A stretch of 63,129 nucleotides of DNA, filler included, from Basidioascus undulatus (lineage: Eukaryota), in assembly GCA_000826855.1 (NCBI GenBank). It is 15 parts of 15 records of this genome, joined end to end, with 100 filler letters (N's around TTAATTAATTAA, not from the genome) between each part and the next. Parts side by side here need not be neighbours in the genome. Positions count along the whole stretch, not along the records: positions 23,588 to 26,346 come from JTLS01002650.1; positions 26,447 to 29,204 come from JTLS01002651.1; positions 29,305 to 32,053 come from JTLS01002653.1; positions 32,154 to 34,899 come from JTLS01002654.1; positions 35,000 to 37,744 come from JTLS01002655.1; positions 37,845 to 40,587 come from JTLS01002656.1; 9 more parts are not named here. One strand, 5' to 3'. Both the position numbers and the translations under genes were made by a program. The notes below the pieces were generated by a model. That model made no database searches. It had not been told where the DNA came from and saw only the letters and a program-made list of their open reading frames with translations. Shown here one piece after another: positions 23,588 through 37,913 of this stretch (position 1 is the first letter of the stretch; every line of letters begins with the position of its first letter).

Positions 23588-26303
23588 CCAGTCCTGCACG
23601 TTGACAACTTCGTAGAATCGGTCGTCAAGGTGAGCATGTGCTGCTGCTGCCCGCTGCCCACACCGGCACCCGCAGAGCCGACGCAGAGCCCGGCCATCTG
23701 CGCCGCGAGCGAGTCGCCGAACGTCGGGAAGCCCGCGTACATGCCCGTCGGGCTCTGGGGGTTGGATGCCGAGGACGCGGCGGCCGACGCAGCGAAGTCG
23801 GCGAAGGGCGACGTGGGCGACATCACGCGCGATTGAGACTGCTGCGTTGAGGTCGGCGGCGGTGGGGGCGCCTGCTGCTGATGCTGCTGCTGAGCGGCGG
23901 CGACGGCGGAGGCCTCCGACTGCTGCTGCTGTTGCTGCGCGAAGGCTGCCTGCGTGTGCTGGTTGTGCGAAGGCGGTGGGGCGAGGTTAGGCGGCGACAC
24001 GACGCCGTATGGCCGGGCATGCGGCTGATGCTGGACCTATTGTAACGAGCGAGCACGCGGGGTCAGCGGGTGGGCAGTGAGGATTGAAGACACGAAGACG
24101 CAGCGCACCTGCTGCTCATGCCCATAGAGGCTATTCAAAATCGCATTCTCTCGCTCAGTCACATTGACGTCCGCGTACAGCTGCGGCTCGCCCTCGAGCT
24201 GCTGCGGTTGTTGGGGGTGGTGGTGGTGGGCGCTCTCGAACGCGCCCCCAACGCGCTGGAGGTGCGCCTGCGGCTGGGGCGGCGGCGGCTGGTGCTGATG
24301 AGGGAGGTGGTGATGCGGGTGCTGCTGGTGCGGGTGAGGATGTTGCTGCTGTTGGTGGTGGTGAGTCGCGTGGTGCGGGAGCTGGGCGGCGCTGCCCACG
24401 GGGCTCATGGCGGGCGAGAACGGGCTGAAAGCGCCTGCGCGAGCCGCCTGCGCCTGGCTAAGCGACGGCGGCGCATGCGCAGCCGCGGAGGGCTCGACGC
24501 GCCCGGCAACGGCATCGTGGAGGTTCAGAGGCGTGCGCATCCGGTCGACTTGCGCAGCCCCCGCACCAGCGCCCGCGTTCGCAGCGGCCGCAGCAGCAAG
24601 TTGGGACTCGAGCGCGCCGACGTTGCCAAGCCCGTAAAGGCTTGCAAGTCCACCCAACCCGCCCAGGCCTGCGAGGCCATTCAGCCCGCCCAGCCCAGCG
24701 AGGCCGCCGAGCCCAGCAGCGGCGGCGGCGTTTACCCCGAAGGGCGCAAACCCGTTCGCGGTCGCCGCCGTTGCGCCGTGGGGACCGAGGCGCAGCCCAG
24801 CCGTCGCCGCCGCGAGCTGGCGGATGACGTGTGCGTTCGCCCCGCCCAGGCCACCGAGACCCTGGAGCGCGAGGCCGAGCTGTGCGGCCTGCGCGGGCGT
24901 CAGGTTCGCGAGCTGCCCTAGAGCGCCGAGGCCCAGGCCGAGCTGTGCGGCTTGCGCTGCGGCTTGTGCGGCTTTGTCCGCTGGAGCGAGCGGGCGAACG
25001 TCAGCTCATGTGACATACGCGCTGTTGAGGGAATGGAAACGAGAATGCACATTGCGAGCGACCCCACGAGAGCCGGATGCGTCCTCCGCCGATGGGGAAG
25101 CCCTGCATCCTCTCGATAGCGCGCTCGGCGTCGGCTTTGCGCACGAACTGGACGAAGCCGCATCCCTTCCCGGGCGGGATCTTGACCTGCGGACGCCCCA
25201 TGCCAATCGCATCAGCACCTCTTCAACTCTTTTTCCACATCTCGAACCATGCCCCAACTCACATAAGTAATCTCCCCAAAGGGCACAAAGAAAGTCTTGA
25301 GCGTCTCCTCGCTGATCAAGCTGCTCAAGCCGCCAACGAACACTGTCGTATTGTTCGGGTCGGCCGCGGCGCCGGCCGCAGCGGCGCTCGTCGCGGCGGA
25401 GGTGGGCTGCTGGCTCGCGAACGAGCTCGCGCTTGTCGGCGTCGGGGGGAAGCCCGCCGCGGAAGTGGGCGAGAGCGGTTGCTGCTGATGTTGCTGCTGC
25501 TGCTGCGCCTGTGCCTGCGCCTGCAACGCGGCCACGAGCTGCTGCTGCGCTTGCGCGAGTGTCGCGTCTGCCGAGGACTGCGAGAAGAGCGGCGAGGGGA
25601 GAGAGTACGGTGCGATGGGCGCGGCTTGCTGCTGCTGCTGCTGGGCGGGGGGGTACTGCTGCTGCTGTTGCGGCTGCTGCTGCTGCTGGGCAGCAAACGA
25701 CGCGTACCCGTTCGGCGTCGGCAGGGTGGGAGGGAGCGCGGAGGCAAGCTGGTGCAGCGGATAGGCGTGCACTGCTTGCGGCTGTGCGGGCACCGATGCC
25801 TGCGCGTTCACGGTCAGGTTGGGCTTGTTCTGCTCAACGGGGAAGGCGGAAGTCAGAAGAATGTTTCCAAGTGAAGGAGAAGGCGCCGCTCGTGGGAAGG
25901 GAAGACTTGCCTTAGGCGTCGCCATGCTGATGCGCATCGCACGTCCGCCGACAAGCACGCCCTGCATCTCCGCCAGCGCGCGCAGCTGGTCGGCCTCAGC
26001 GGTGAACCTGCCAGGCCGATAACCCGTCAGCATCCATGAATGCTCCGTAACGCGATTGGAGATATGAACGAGACGCACCGGACAAACCCGTACCCCCTGC
26101 TCCCGCCGTTCGCCGGGTCCGTCATGATCTTCGCGCTTCGGCAGGTCGCGAAGGGCATGACACCCTGCACGGGCGGCTGGAGGAACGCCGCGACAAGGTC
26201 GTGCTCCGTGACGTCCGGCGCAAGATCGCCGACGAAGATGGAGTACTCGTCGAGGGGGACATGGTGGTGGTGGCTGTGGGAATGGTGGTGCGGGTGGTGG
26301 TGC
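23588..26303 (-). CDS. Nam8/Ngr1/Csx1-like multi-RRM RNA-binding protein, partial at both ends
   Basis: EYSIFVGDLAPDV, SAKIMTDPANGGSRGYGFV, RAMRISMATPK, DPNNTTVFVGGLSS and VKIPPGKGCGFVQF..AERAIERMQGFPIGGGRIRLSWGRSQ, with a Q/A/H-rich tail. Confidence 0.88.
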
Positions 26304-27070
26304 CTAGAGAGAGTGTGGTGTTCGAAAGGAATGCGTGTAGGAAAGANNNNNNNNNNNNNNNNNNNNNNNNNNNNNNNNNNNNNNNNNNNNTTAATTAATT
26401 AANNNNNNNNNNNNNNNNNNNNNNNNNNNNNNNNNNNNNNNNNNNNCGATGTTGAGAAGCTTCGGCGGGAAGGGCGGCGGCGGGGGCAGGTTTATGGAAG
26501 GAAGACGGGGATTCAAGTGTGTGGTGCGCAATGAGAATGCGGTAGGACGAGGATGAGATGGGAAGCAGGCGATTCGGATGCGCCGCAAGGCGACGCAAGG
26601 CGACGCTGCCGGGCGCGAGTCTTCCGCGGATAGATGCGGACATTGTCCGTGGACCCTGATTGCCATTTTGCCGCCTTCTCACCTGTTTCATATTTTTCCC
26701 TCAGAACAGCCCCATGAACTGACCCATATATCTCCCATGACAAACTACAGTCATGCACAGTTCTCACGGATCTTTCATATGAGAGCCTTGCCATGAGTAT
26801 TAATTTAACGTTTAAAGTTCAAGTCGAGACTGTCATGTCGGCTGTCACCGACGTGCATCAAATTCTCGTGTGCGCGAGCGAAGCTTATGTCATCCGAGGG
26901 CTCGCAGAGATGAAAGGTCAGGAAAATGTCGTCTCTTCTCTTGTGCCCCTACTCACCCTCCTCGCTCCCCCCCTCAACACCCCTTCACCTCCACAACCTC
27001 GTTTATAGACACCCCAGCGCCTCTTTTCTTTCCGTTCTTTACCCCCAGAAAAGCGCAGATCCACATCATT

Positions 27071-29204
<2,134 letters not shown>

Positions 29205-29304
29205 NNNNNNNNNNNNNNNNNNNNNNNNNNNNNNNNNNNNNNNNNNNNTTAATTAATTAANNNNNNNNNNNNNNNNNNNNNNNNNNNNNNNNNNNNNNNN
29301 NNNN

Positions 29305-30068
29305 CGCGGGGGACGGGGGCGGCGCGGAGGAGGGGAAGCGGCAGCGACGGAGGGTTGGGGAGGGGGTGGTGGAGGTAGGGGAGTAGGCGCCGGAGCGGGA
29401 GCGCGGGGACGTTTCTGGGAGGGCTCTGATGCGCGTCAGTGACCCCTCGATCTCGAGCGCGACCGAAAACGCACCTTTCGACCCAGCAGCGTCCTTTCCC
29501 TCTCGAGCCCCAGACCCGCAAGCATCTCCTCGTTCTCCCTGATACTGCGCTCTCGCCGCTCCTCGTACGTCAAACCATCCTCGTCCCTCCACGGCTCGCG
29601 CGGCCCCTGCTCCTCCTCCTTCCCCCGCTCCTGCTCCTCCTGCTCCTCCTGCTCTTCCCGCTCCTCCTGCTCCGCAGACGCCGACGCGCGCCTTAACAGC
29701 CTGCGCTCGCCCTCAACTGCATCCTCGTCATCTGGATCGCTCGGGACAGCTACGGGCTTGGGTAAGGGCTGTGAGGGCCCACGACTAACGAAGACGACTG
29801 ACGACCCATTCGAGGGCGCTGGGGAGGGCTCACGCGGGGGAGGAGGTGGGGGAGGTGGGGCAGCGGCGGCGCGCGGCTTTTTCTTGGGTCGGTAGACGGG
29901 AACGACTACGACGGGGACGAGCTTGCGCTTCCTGGGCCGCGCAGAGGAGGAGGCGGCGGAGGTTGGGGGGGTGTGGGAGGACGATGACGAGGGGTAGTCG
30001 TGTGCAGGGGGAGGGTGAGGGCAGGAGGGGGAGGAGGTCGTGGAGAGTGAGGCGTGCTGTGAGCGCAT
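29305..30068 (-). CDS. Hypothetical nuclear protein, N-terminal part (Pro-rich, basic NLS-like, LTYEERRERSIRENEEMLAGLGL motif)
   Basis: 210-aa ORF with RPRKRK/RPKKKPR and a motif of the 'YE..R..NI..N..ML..LGL' type seen in several chromatin proteins. It continues through an intron towards the contig end. Confidence 0.5.
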
Positions 30069-31056
30069 AGCGGGAAGGGCGTCAGAATTGATTTCCGTGA
30101 GCGGTAAGGTCTAAGGGCGCTGAGAGCAACATGGGCCGCTGAGAGTAGCCAGGTGGACGCCCTTGGGCCCAGCGATCTTGCCTTCAACCCCAGCTTCCCG
30201 CACGCCCACAGCTCACTCTCAGCTTCAACACCCCTCAAACCCATACCCCATCCCTTTCCCCTCCCACCTTGCGCAGCGCCTCTGACAAAGAGATTACTGA
30301 CCATCTTGATGATATCACATTAAGTCGCGCATCACCCGCTCCTCAGCGTTCCAAGCCGCGCTTGGTCAAATCTCCTCGGCACAAACAGCGCAGATAGACG
30401 CTCCCTACCGCGGAAGGCGTGCAGCTCGAGTCGCTGAGCCGGCTTAGGGAAAGCGGAAGATTGGCGAGCGGGAAGAGAGGGAGCGGCGCTGCTTGGAGAG
30501 GCCGAGTCGGTAGGTAGCGTAGGATGGCTTGGGAGTATGATGAGGGATATGGGAGAGCGCGTGTAAGCCGTTGACGATTCTGAGGTCGTCGTTGCGGATG
30601 GGCAAGCGGGCGGACGAGGGCGGGAGGCTAGGGACGAGCGAGCTGCAGCAAGGCTCGAGGAACGGCGACGGGCGAGAGGCTCTGCCGCGTCTGCCGCTTG
30701 CCGAAGGAAGCATGACTTGCTTTGCCGTGTACAGTTGCTGAAGCACTCGGCAGCGCATAAAATCATCAACGTGCACCTCGTCCCAACAGGTCAACTTCGG
30801 GACATTTATACTTGGGTGCCAGAATGTGGGAAAATGTTGAGAGAACCACATCCTTATGTAAGGGAGCGAAGGGGCACAAACAGAATGTCGCAGCCTGCAG
30901 ATCGCGCAGTTCTGCCTGTCCCGGTCGAGCGCCGAAAAACGTCCCCCTGCTATCACATGACGCAGCGAGGCCGCGCGTCTTCAGCTCATCCTCGTGCAAC
31001 CACTCCATCTCCTTTCTCTCCATCCATCTTCTTCTCATCCCCTTAAACCAGCCCGG

Positions 31057-31622
31057 ATGACCGACAAAACGACACCCGACCCCAAGCTGCAGCAGGCCTC
31101 AAAGCCAGGGAGCGAGCCGTGCGTACTTCTTCATCCCTGTCGCCCTCTCTCGCTCCTCCTCTTGCTCTTGCTCTAACTCACAGTACTGCCATCTCCACTC
31201 TTGAATCTTCCAGGTCTCACCCTCCCAACACCAGCCAGCAGTCCCAGCCACAATCGCAGCACACAGCAATCAACCCGCGCACCGACGCGTCCGTCCCACC
31301 ATCTGCCGCCGCCTCCTCCGCCCAAGCCGCTCCGCCCCCAGGCTCGCCCGCCCATCTCCCCGAGCATCACACGTGCGCCCTCCCACCTCCTTTCCCCAAT
31401 CCTCCGCTCTCGCTGTTCCTCAACTGGCCTCATCATCTCCCATACAGTTTTGGCCGCCCCTCCGCTAGCATCGGTCAGTCTGACGTCGATCCCCTTGGCG
31501 GGCGCGCCCCTCCCCTGGCGCGCCCTTTCGGCGGGCCCGGGCGTCCGCCACAGTCGCCTTTCGGGTGGATTGGACCGGGGATTGGAGGAGGAGGAGGAGG
31601 GATGGGAGGAGGGGCAAGGTAG
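31057..31622 (+). CDS. Pro/Gly-rich protein resembling the PI31 proteasome-regulator C-terminal region, probably truncated
   Basis: Exons MTDKTTPDPKLQQASKPGSEP / TAISTLESS..HLPEHHT / FGRPSASIGQSDVDPLGG..GIGGGGGGMGGG. The expected HP.F and ARFDP motifs are absent. Confidence 0.35.
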
Positions 31623-31628
31623 ACGGAC

Positions 31629-32000
31629 CTCGTGGAAATCGATGTGGCAGTAGGGCCGCCCGTCCCGCTCGAAGAACTCGACGTGCTCGAGCGCGGTGCC
31701 GCAGTGTGCGCAGCTGTAGTTCGCCCGGTGTCAGCATCGCAGCGCTTTCCCCGGTGTCACGACTCCGAAAGAAGAGGTGATGGGATGACAAAGGAAGAGA
31801 GGGGAGAGAACACGCACGTAAAGCACTCCGGATGCCACCTCGCCCCCATAGCGTTGACCGTCCGTCCTTCGCTACACGGCCGTCCGCACCCGCAGCAGTC
31901 GTTTGGTAATCCCGTGTGTAGCGGATGCGCGTTCGGGTGGGCGTGAGGTTGCGGGAGCGGCCGGGAATGCGGGTGCGCGTGGGGCTGGGGCGGGAGAGGA
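31629..32000 (-). CDS. LIM-domain (paxillin/Pxl1-like) protein, internal exons
   Basis: Splicing across the GTGCGT..CAG intron (31817-31714) gives CCGCGRPCSEGRTVNAMGARWHPECFTCAHCGTALEHVEFFERDGRPYCHIDFHE, a complete LIM zinc-ligand pattern. Confidence 0.85.
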
Positions 32001-32153
32001 GCAGGGCTTCGCAGAGAGAGCAGTTCGCAGAGGAAGAAACCTTATCAGTGGGCNNNNNNNNNNNNNNNNNNNNNNNNNNNNNNNNNNNNNNNNNNNNTTA
32101 ATTAATTAANNNNNNNNNNNNNNNNNNNNNNNNNNNNNNNNNNNNNNNNNNNN

Positions 32154-34899
32154 CGTCCGCCTGCGCCGCGAAAAGCCTGCCCTCCCTCATCCCCACATCT
32201 AACAACGCAGGCCCCCTCCCCACCGACAGACGCCCCGCCACCGCCGCTGCCGACCTCCCCATCCGCCGCATCGCTCTCGCTGCCCGCAGACGCCGGCGTT
32301 CCAGGAGGCGGGGGGCGGTCCTCCTCCCGCGCTTCGTCCGAGTACCCCTCCACGTCGCCCTCCCAGGCGTCCCTCCCCTCCCTCCCTTCCCCGCAGCACT
32401 CTTGCCAGTCGCACGCCCACTCCCCGCCGCTGCCGCCCGACCCCCCCGCCACGACCGCCTTCCCCGAGCGCAAGTCGAGCCACACGCGCCGCACGTCCGC
32501 AGCGACGACGACCACCGTGGGGGGCGGGTACGAGGAGCCGAATGGGACTGGGAATGGTGTTGGAGGCGTTGGGGGCACGCCGTTCCCCGGTGATGTCGTC
32601 CCCGCGACGTTTGATGAGAGCATCTTGAGGGCCTTGTGCGATATGGACGTGCGTCTTCCCATTCCCTCTTCTCCCACTGCCGCGGGGTTCGGCTCACCGG
32701 AGGACTGCGCGCGGCCTGAGTACAGTGCGGCATGCCGCTCCTCCTAGACCGAATAAAGCAGTCCATGGTCTCCTGCAGGGTATGTGGGCATGCCATCGCC
32801 CTCTATCTCTCTTCACGGAAAGCACGCAGTCTGAGCTCCGCCCCCCCTTGGGCGCGCAGGAAGCGTCCATCTTCCTCAAGAAGCGCGCGGCGATCGAGGA
32901 CGAGTACGGGCGGAACATGCTCAAGCTCGCCAAGTCCACGTCCGAGATCTACGCGATGAACGATGGGCGGGCGGGGTGCGTCTCCCTCCGTCTCTCTCCT
33001 CCCTCCTTCCCCATACCCCCCTCTCATTCCTCCCTCCTTTCTCCGTCCCGCTTTCTCCACCCACCTGCCTCCCAAGCTGAGCCCGTAATCTGGCAGGACG
33101 TTCGTCTCCTCCTGGCACAGCATGATGCGCGTGCACGAGTCGCTCGGCGAGGGGCGGATCCGCTTCGGCGCGCGCCTGGGCGAGATGTCCGAGGAGCTCG
33201 CGCAGCTCGCGAAGGAGGTGGACAAGGGCCGGAAACAGGTGCTCTTCCCTCTCTCCCCCCTTTCTCCCCCTCTCCCCTCTCCCCCACACTATCCCGTCCT
33301 GCTTTCCCTGCCCGCCCCTCCTTGCTACTTGGGTCCTGGTGCTGAGGGACGGGGAGGGGACCGCAGGCCAAGGACCTCGGCCAGAAGTACGAGAAGAACC
33401 TTCAAGACGCCGAGATGAGCATGGAGAAGGTGCCGTTGCTCTTCCCTCCTTCTCTCGCGTCCCCATGCCATCCAGAAAAGGAAGTTGAGAAGTGAGCGGA
33501 TGGGCTGGCGTGTGGGGTGTGGGGGAACAGGCCAAGCACCGCTTCGACGCGACGGCGGAGGAGCTCGAGCGCGTGCTCATCATTAAGGAGGGCGAGACGG
33601 TCAAGGAGAGCAGCATCTCGGGCGGCGCGGGCGGGAAGGGGCTCAGTCGAGTCAAGAAGGGCGCGGGGGGGCTTTTTAGGGGGAAGAATCCGGCGCAGGT
33701 TCGTCTACCGTCCTCTTCACCTCCTCCCCTCTTCTTTTACGGACTTGCGGCTGGGGAGATCCGGCGAGGGGTGGGAGTGGGAGGCGTGGGGGAAGCGCGT
33801 GGAGGGAGAAGTGGGAAAGCGGGGCGGGGTGCTGACGCCAGTGGGGATGGAACCCAGATCCTGAAGCAAGAAGAAGAGATCCGCAACCGAACCTCGCAGG
33901 CCTCCGACGCGTTCCGGAAGACCGTCCAGGAGACGCAGCAGCTGCGGTCCGAGTACTTCAACTTGCAGCTGCCGCGCATTCTAAGGGTGGGTCATGCCTC
34001 CTCCAGTTTCTTGCTCTGGGGAATGGGGAACTGACGTGGGAGAGTAGACCTTGAAAGAATGCGCGGACGAGATCGACCTGGGCACGCAGTACCACCTCGA
34101 GCGGTATGCGTTCTTGTACGAGAACAGCCTGCTAAGCGAGGGCGTGACTATTACGCCGCTTTCGAAGGAGGACGGTACGTTGCTCTCTCCTTATTCCCAC
34201 ACACTGCCTCCTTTCCTCCCTCTCAGCCCCGTTCTCCCTTCACTCCCTCTCCACCTGAGATTCCGATCTCCACAACCCCTTTCGCGCATTTTGGGCTTCC
34301 GGAGAAAGAAAGCAACAGCAGCGGCGGTGGCTGACAAGCGAGGAGGCGGGAACAGGCCCTGGATTCCGCCAGCTCGTGGAGGAGATCGACAACCAGCGCG
34401 ACTTCAAGACGTACATGCAGAACTACGCCGTTGCGCAGCCGCGCGCCACGCCCCGGAGGGAGGGGCCGTGGGACGAGGGCGTGGTGCGTTCTTCCGTTCC
34501 TGTCCTACTTCCCGTTCCGCCCTTTTCACCGCGTTGGCAATTGGAGCTGAACAATACCTTCGGAGCACGGCAGTTATCCACGAATCACTACGCATCCCCC
34601 GCCGCCGTGCCGCGCGCCGCGCAGTCGGCCTCACTACGCCCGACCTTCGGCGTCGACTTGACGGAGCAGATGATCAGGGACGACGTGGAGATCCCGCCGG
34701 TTGTTGAGAAATGCGTGGAGGTCATCGAGGCGTATGGTGCGTTTCGCCCTTTTTTTCAGTTTCGTGTCGAGCTGTAAGGGATGATCGTGGACGTGGCTGA
34801 ATGTTTGATGGGTGTGGTAGGGCTCGAGGGCCAGGGCATCTACCGACTGAGCGGAACGACGAGCAAGGTGCAGCGCTTGAAAGCGCGGGCTGGAGGCTG
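32154..34899 (+). CDS. F-BAR/FCH plus RhoGAP protein (Rgd1/Rga7-like), partial
   Basis: FDESILRALCDMD, PLLLDRIKQSMVSCR, FLKKRAAIEDEYGR, EYFNLQLPRILR, LKECADEIDLGTQYHL; RhoGAP start PTFGVDLTEQM..IPPVVEKC..GIYRLSGTTSKVQRLK. Confidence 0.88.
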
Positions 34900-35044
34900 N
34901 NNNNNNNNNNNNNNNNNNNNNNNNNNNNNNNNNNNNNNNNNNNTTAATTAATTAANNNNNNNNNNNNNNNNNNNNNNNNNNNNNNNNNNNNNNNNNNNNC
35001 CTCAGGGGGGTGAGGTCCGACGAGCACAGGACTAACTTCGATCG

Positions 35045-36366
35045 ACCGGGGCTTGGAGTAGCTGTTTGGGGTGGGGTTAGGGGTGCAGGGGTGTTCAGAG
35101 TGGGGAAAGGGAGGGGTGGGGAAGGAGGGGAAGGAGGAGAAAAAACAAAAACGTACGTCTCGGACTCGTCGTAGGTGACGAGGAGGGCCTGGTGCTTCAT
35201 GAAGTAGTGCTTGTCCTCAAAAAGGGGGAGCCAGTTGTCTTGGAGGTAGGAGGCGACGAAGGCTGGATGGAGGAGGGGAATGTGGGAGAGGGGAGGGGGA
35301 TGGGTCAATGAGCACGGAAGCAAGCGGGGTTAAGAGGGACAGAAAGAAGCAAGCGCACAGGTGTTGCTGTCGTGGCCATCGTTCGTGAGGTTGGGGACGT
35401 AGTACCAGTAGCTGCAAGGAAAGAGGGGGAAAATTGATCAGCCTGAGGTCAGACCGGACCAAATGAAACAAACAGAGCAAGAGGGGGGGAGGGGGGGGAG
35501 ACAGGATGCTTCTTACGGAGGGAGGGCCTCGTTCTTGACGTCGTCCCAGAACTGGGCCGAGGGGACGATCTTTGCGCAGCGCTCGGGAGTCTGGTTGTTG
35601 ACAAACTCCAAGTGAGGAACGTGCTTCTCGGCGTAGTGATGCGGGCCGCCGGCGATGGGCTGGAGGTAGCAGTTGCCGGCTGCAAGAGACAAGAAACAAG
35701 ATGACGTTCTCTGTCAGTGGTCAGGGGGCAGCAGGAGAGGATCAGCAAGAAAGATGCCGAAACAACACGCACGGTAGTCCTCGGCGTAGACCTTCCAGTC
35801 GACGTCGTGGGCCTCGAGGAGGTCGACGACGCTGGTGGTGCCGGCGGTGAGGTTGTACTGCTTGTCGTCCTGTGTGTTGCGGGTGGACAAGAAACGATCA
35901 GTACCTCAGCACTTCTGGAATCGGAGCGCCCAGGAGGCGTAGAGGTAACCAAGGGAGACGGCGAGGAGATGGTTGTAAGACAGACCTGGACACCGAAGTA
36001 GGTACCGGCGACCGTGGCGAGGTAGTTGGGGAGAGAGGGGTGCGTGACACCGTAGTACTGGGAGAGCTCACGACCGTAGGAGTAGATCTTCTGGAAGACG
36101 GGGTTGGCTGTTGGGGGAAGGGGGTGAATGTCGGCTTGGAAGGGGAAACAAAAGCAGCTTAGGGAGAAGGAAGGCGTGAACGAACCGTTGGCAGTGTCGT
36201 AGTCGGTGTTCTCGAGGAGGAGAATACCGAAGCGCTTGGGCTGACGACCGTCGTCGTTGTCGTTGCCGTGCTGGCCGACCTGCTGGTCAAAGTCCTGCTT
36301 GGAGGGGAGAGCAGAGACCATGGAGGCGGCGACTGCGAGGGAAGCGATGGCGGTGGCGAGGCGCAT
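35045..36366 (-). CDS. Secreted phosphoesterase-family acid phosphatase, 3' truncated
   Basis: Signal peptide MRLATAIASLAVAASMVSA, then LLENTDY, YYGVTHPSLPNYLATVAG, VVDLLE..WKVYAED, KHVP, YVPNLTNDGHD and LLVTYDESET. Confidence 0.88.
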
Positions 36367-37844
36367 GGTGACGGAAGGACGGGGGGTGATTGGGGGTTGA
36401 AAGCAAGGAACGGACGGAAAGGACGATCGACGCCTGATGTGAAGGGAAGGACGAACGCAGAAAGTAAGGAAAGGAGGAGGAAGAAGGTGGGATCATCTCA
36501 TCGTATAAAGGAGCCGCTCGCTCATCCGTCTCCTTCCTGCGTCGTTCCTTCCCCTGACCAAGGGCATGCGGCACGTTCGCCTCGCGACTGGGCAGTCATT
36601 TGCAAAGTAAGCAAAAGTCCCCCTTGGCGCGGCGAGTGGGCCAGGAACGAGCACGTTCGGGCTGGTTTGCTGCACCCTGAGCGCATAAGCCAGGCACAGC
36701 AGGATGAGTACGGAAGCCCGAGCCTCAGAGCAAGAGTCGTTCCTAATTTTGGACCGGTAGACCTAATTTTGGGCCGGAAGACCGGGCCGCGCAAAAGCTT
36801 GCAAGGGGTCTCTCTCTCTCCATGCGTACTGTATCGTCTGTATCCACGTTCCCATCCTCCCTTGACGCTGTAAAGAGAATTGAGCGGTGTGCTAGGGAAG
36901 GCGGGCAGCAACTTGGGTCAGTGACAGTCGTCATCAGAACAACTGAGCCTGCCTCGGCCATGCGGGGCAAACAGATGAACATGCCCAGCTCAGTATTACC
37001 ACAAGCAGGTTTATCACGGCCAGAAATGAAGAAAGGGAAGAGGGGAAGGACTATCCAAGCCCAGTCGCAATGAAGGTGGTCACATCGCTCCTGAGATCTT
37101 GAAGCATCCGAATCCGCAGGTCTGCCTGTCTTCCTGATAACTTTCCTGACAACTTGTGAGATGAGCCAGTGTACACGGGATCCTGGCCATCAAAGAGGCC
37201 TTCCGGCAGGGAATTGGAACCTGTTTACCCTTTCCACAGAGTCCCCCATGTCGTCCAATGCCCATCTCTCCAACATCTTCCTAAGAGCCTCTCCAACAGC
37301 CGCCCACCTCTCCCCTGTCTATACGGAATCAAACCGACTCACCCTAGTGTACCATCCCACCCCCCATAGGCTGCCTTGTTCGAAGCGGTTCTGCTATTGC
37401 AAAGAAAGACGAGAACAAAAGGGTGACCCCCAAGTGAGGGTCGAATTAAGAACGGAAGAGGCGCCAGCACCTGTCTCGAAGTTCAAGGATTGTTTTTCAG
37501 CCCGATCTGGTCAAAAGGCAGGTCAGAAAGTATGTGAAGGCGCGCTAATGCCTGTTTCTGGGACAGGCTTTGCAGCCCAGAAACAAAGGTCAGAAATGAT
37601 GGGGAAGGGGCACCAATACCTCTTCTCTACAGAGAGGAAGGTGGAAGTCTCAAAAGAACTCTAGCCTTCCGAGTATAACACAGGAAACCAAGGACCTCTC
37701 GAGTCTAGTGCAGGAAACCGAAACTTAGGACCTCCCCCCCCCCCNNNNNNNNNNNNNNNNNNNNNNNNNNNNNNNNNNNNNNNNNNNNTTAATTAATTAA
37801 NNNNNNNNNNNNNNNNNNNNNNNNNNNNNNNNNNNNNNNNNNNN

Positions 37845-37913
37845 AGTCAGATACTCTACCATTGAGCCAGCCGGCCATGACCGACGCAGGGATCGAACCT
37901 GCAACCCCCTGAT
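37845..37913 (-). tRNA. tRNA(Trp)-like halves in permuted order (3' half 37913-37878, then 5' half 37876-37845); anticodon lies beyond the contig end
   Basis: Minus strand reads ATCAGG GGGTT GCAGG TTCGATC CCTGC GTCGGTC A, then T, then GGCCGGC TG GCTC AATGGTA GAGT A TCTGA CT. Acceptor (GGCCGGC/GTCGGTC), D, anticodon (TCTGA/TCAGG) and T stems all pair. Trp identity is inferred from resemblance to fungal tRNA-Trp. Confidence 0.7.

Noticed and set aside
37660..37744. Short direct repeat CAGGAAACC...AGGACCTC before a C-run at the contig end
   Set aside because: It may be a transposon end, but it is too short and truncated to classify.
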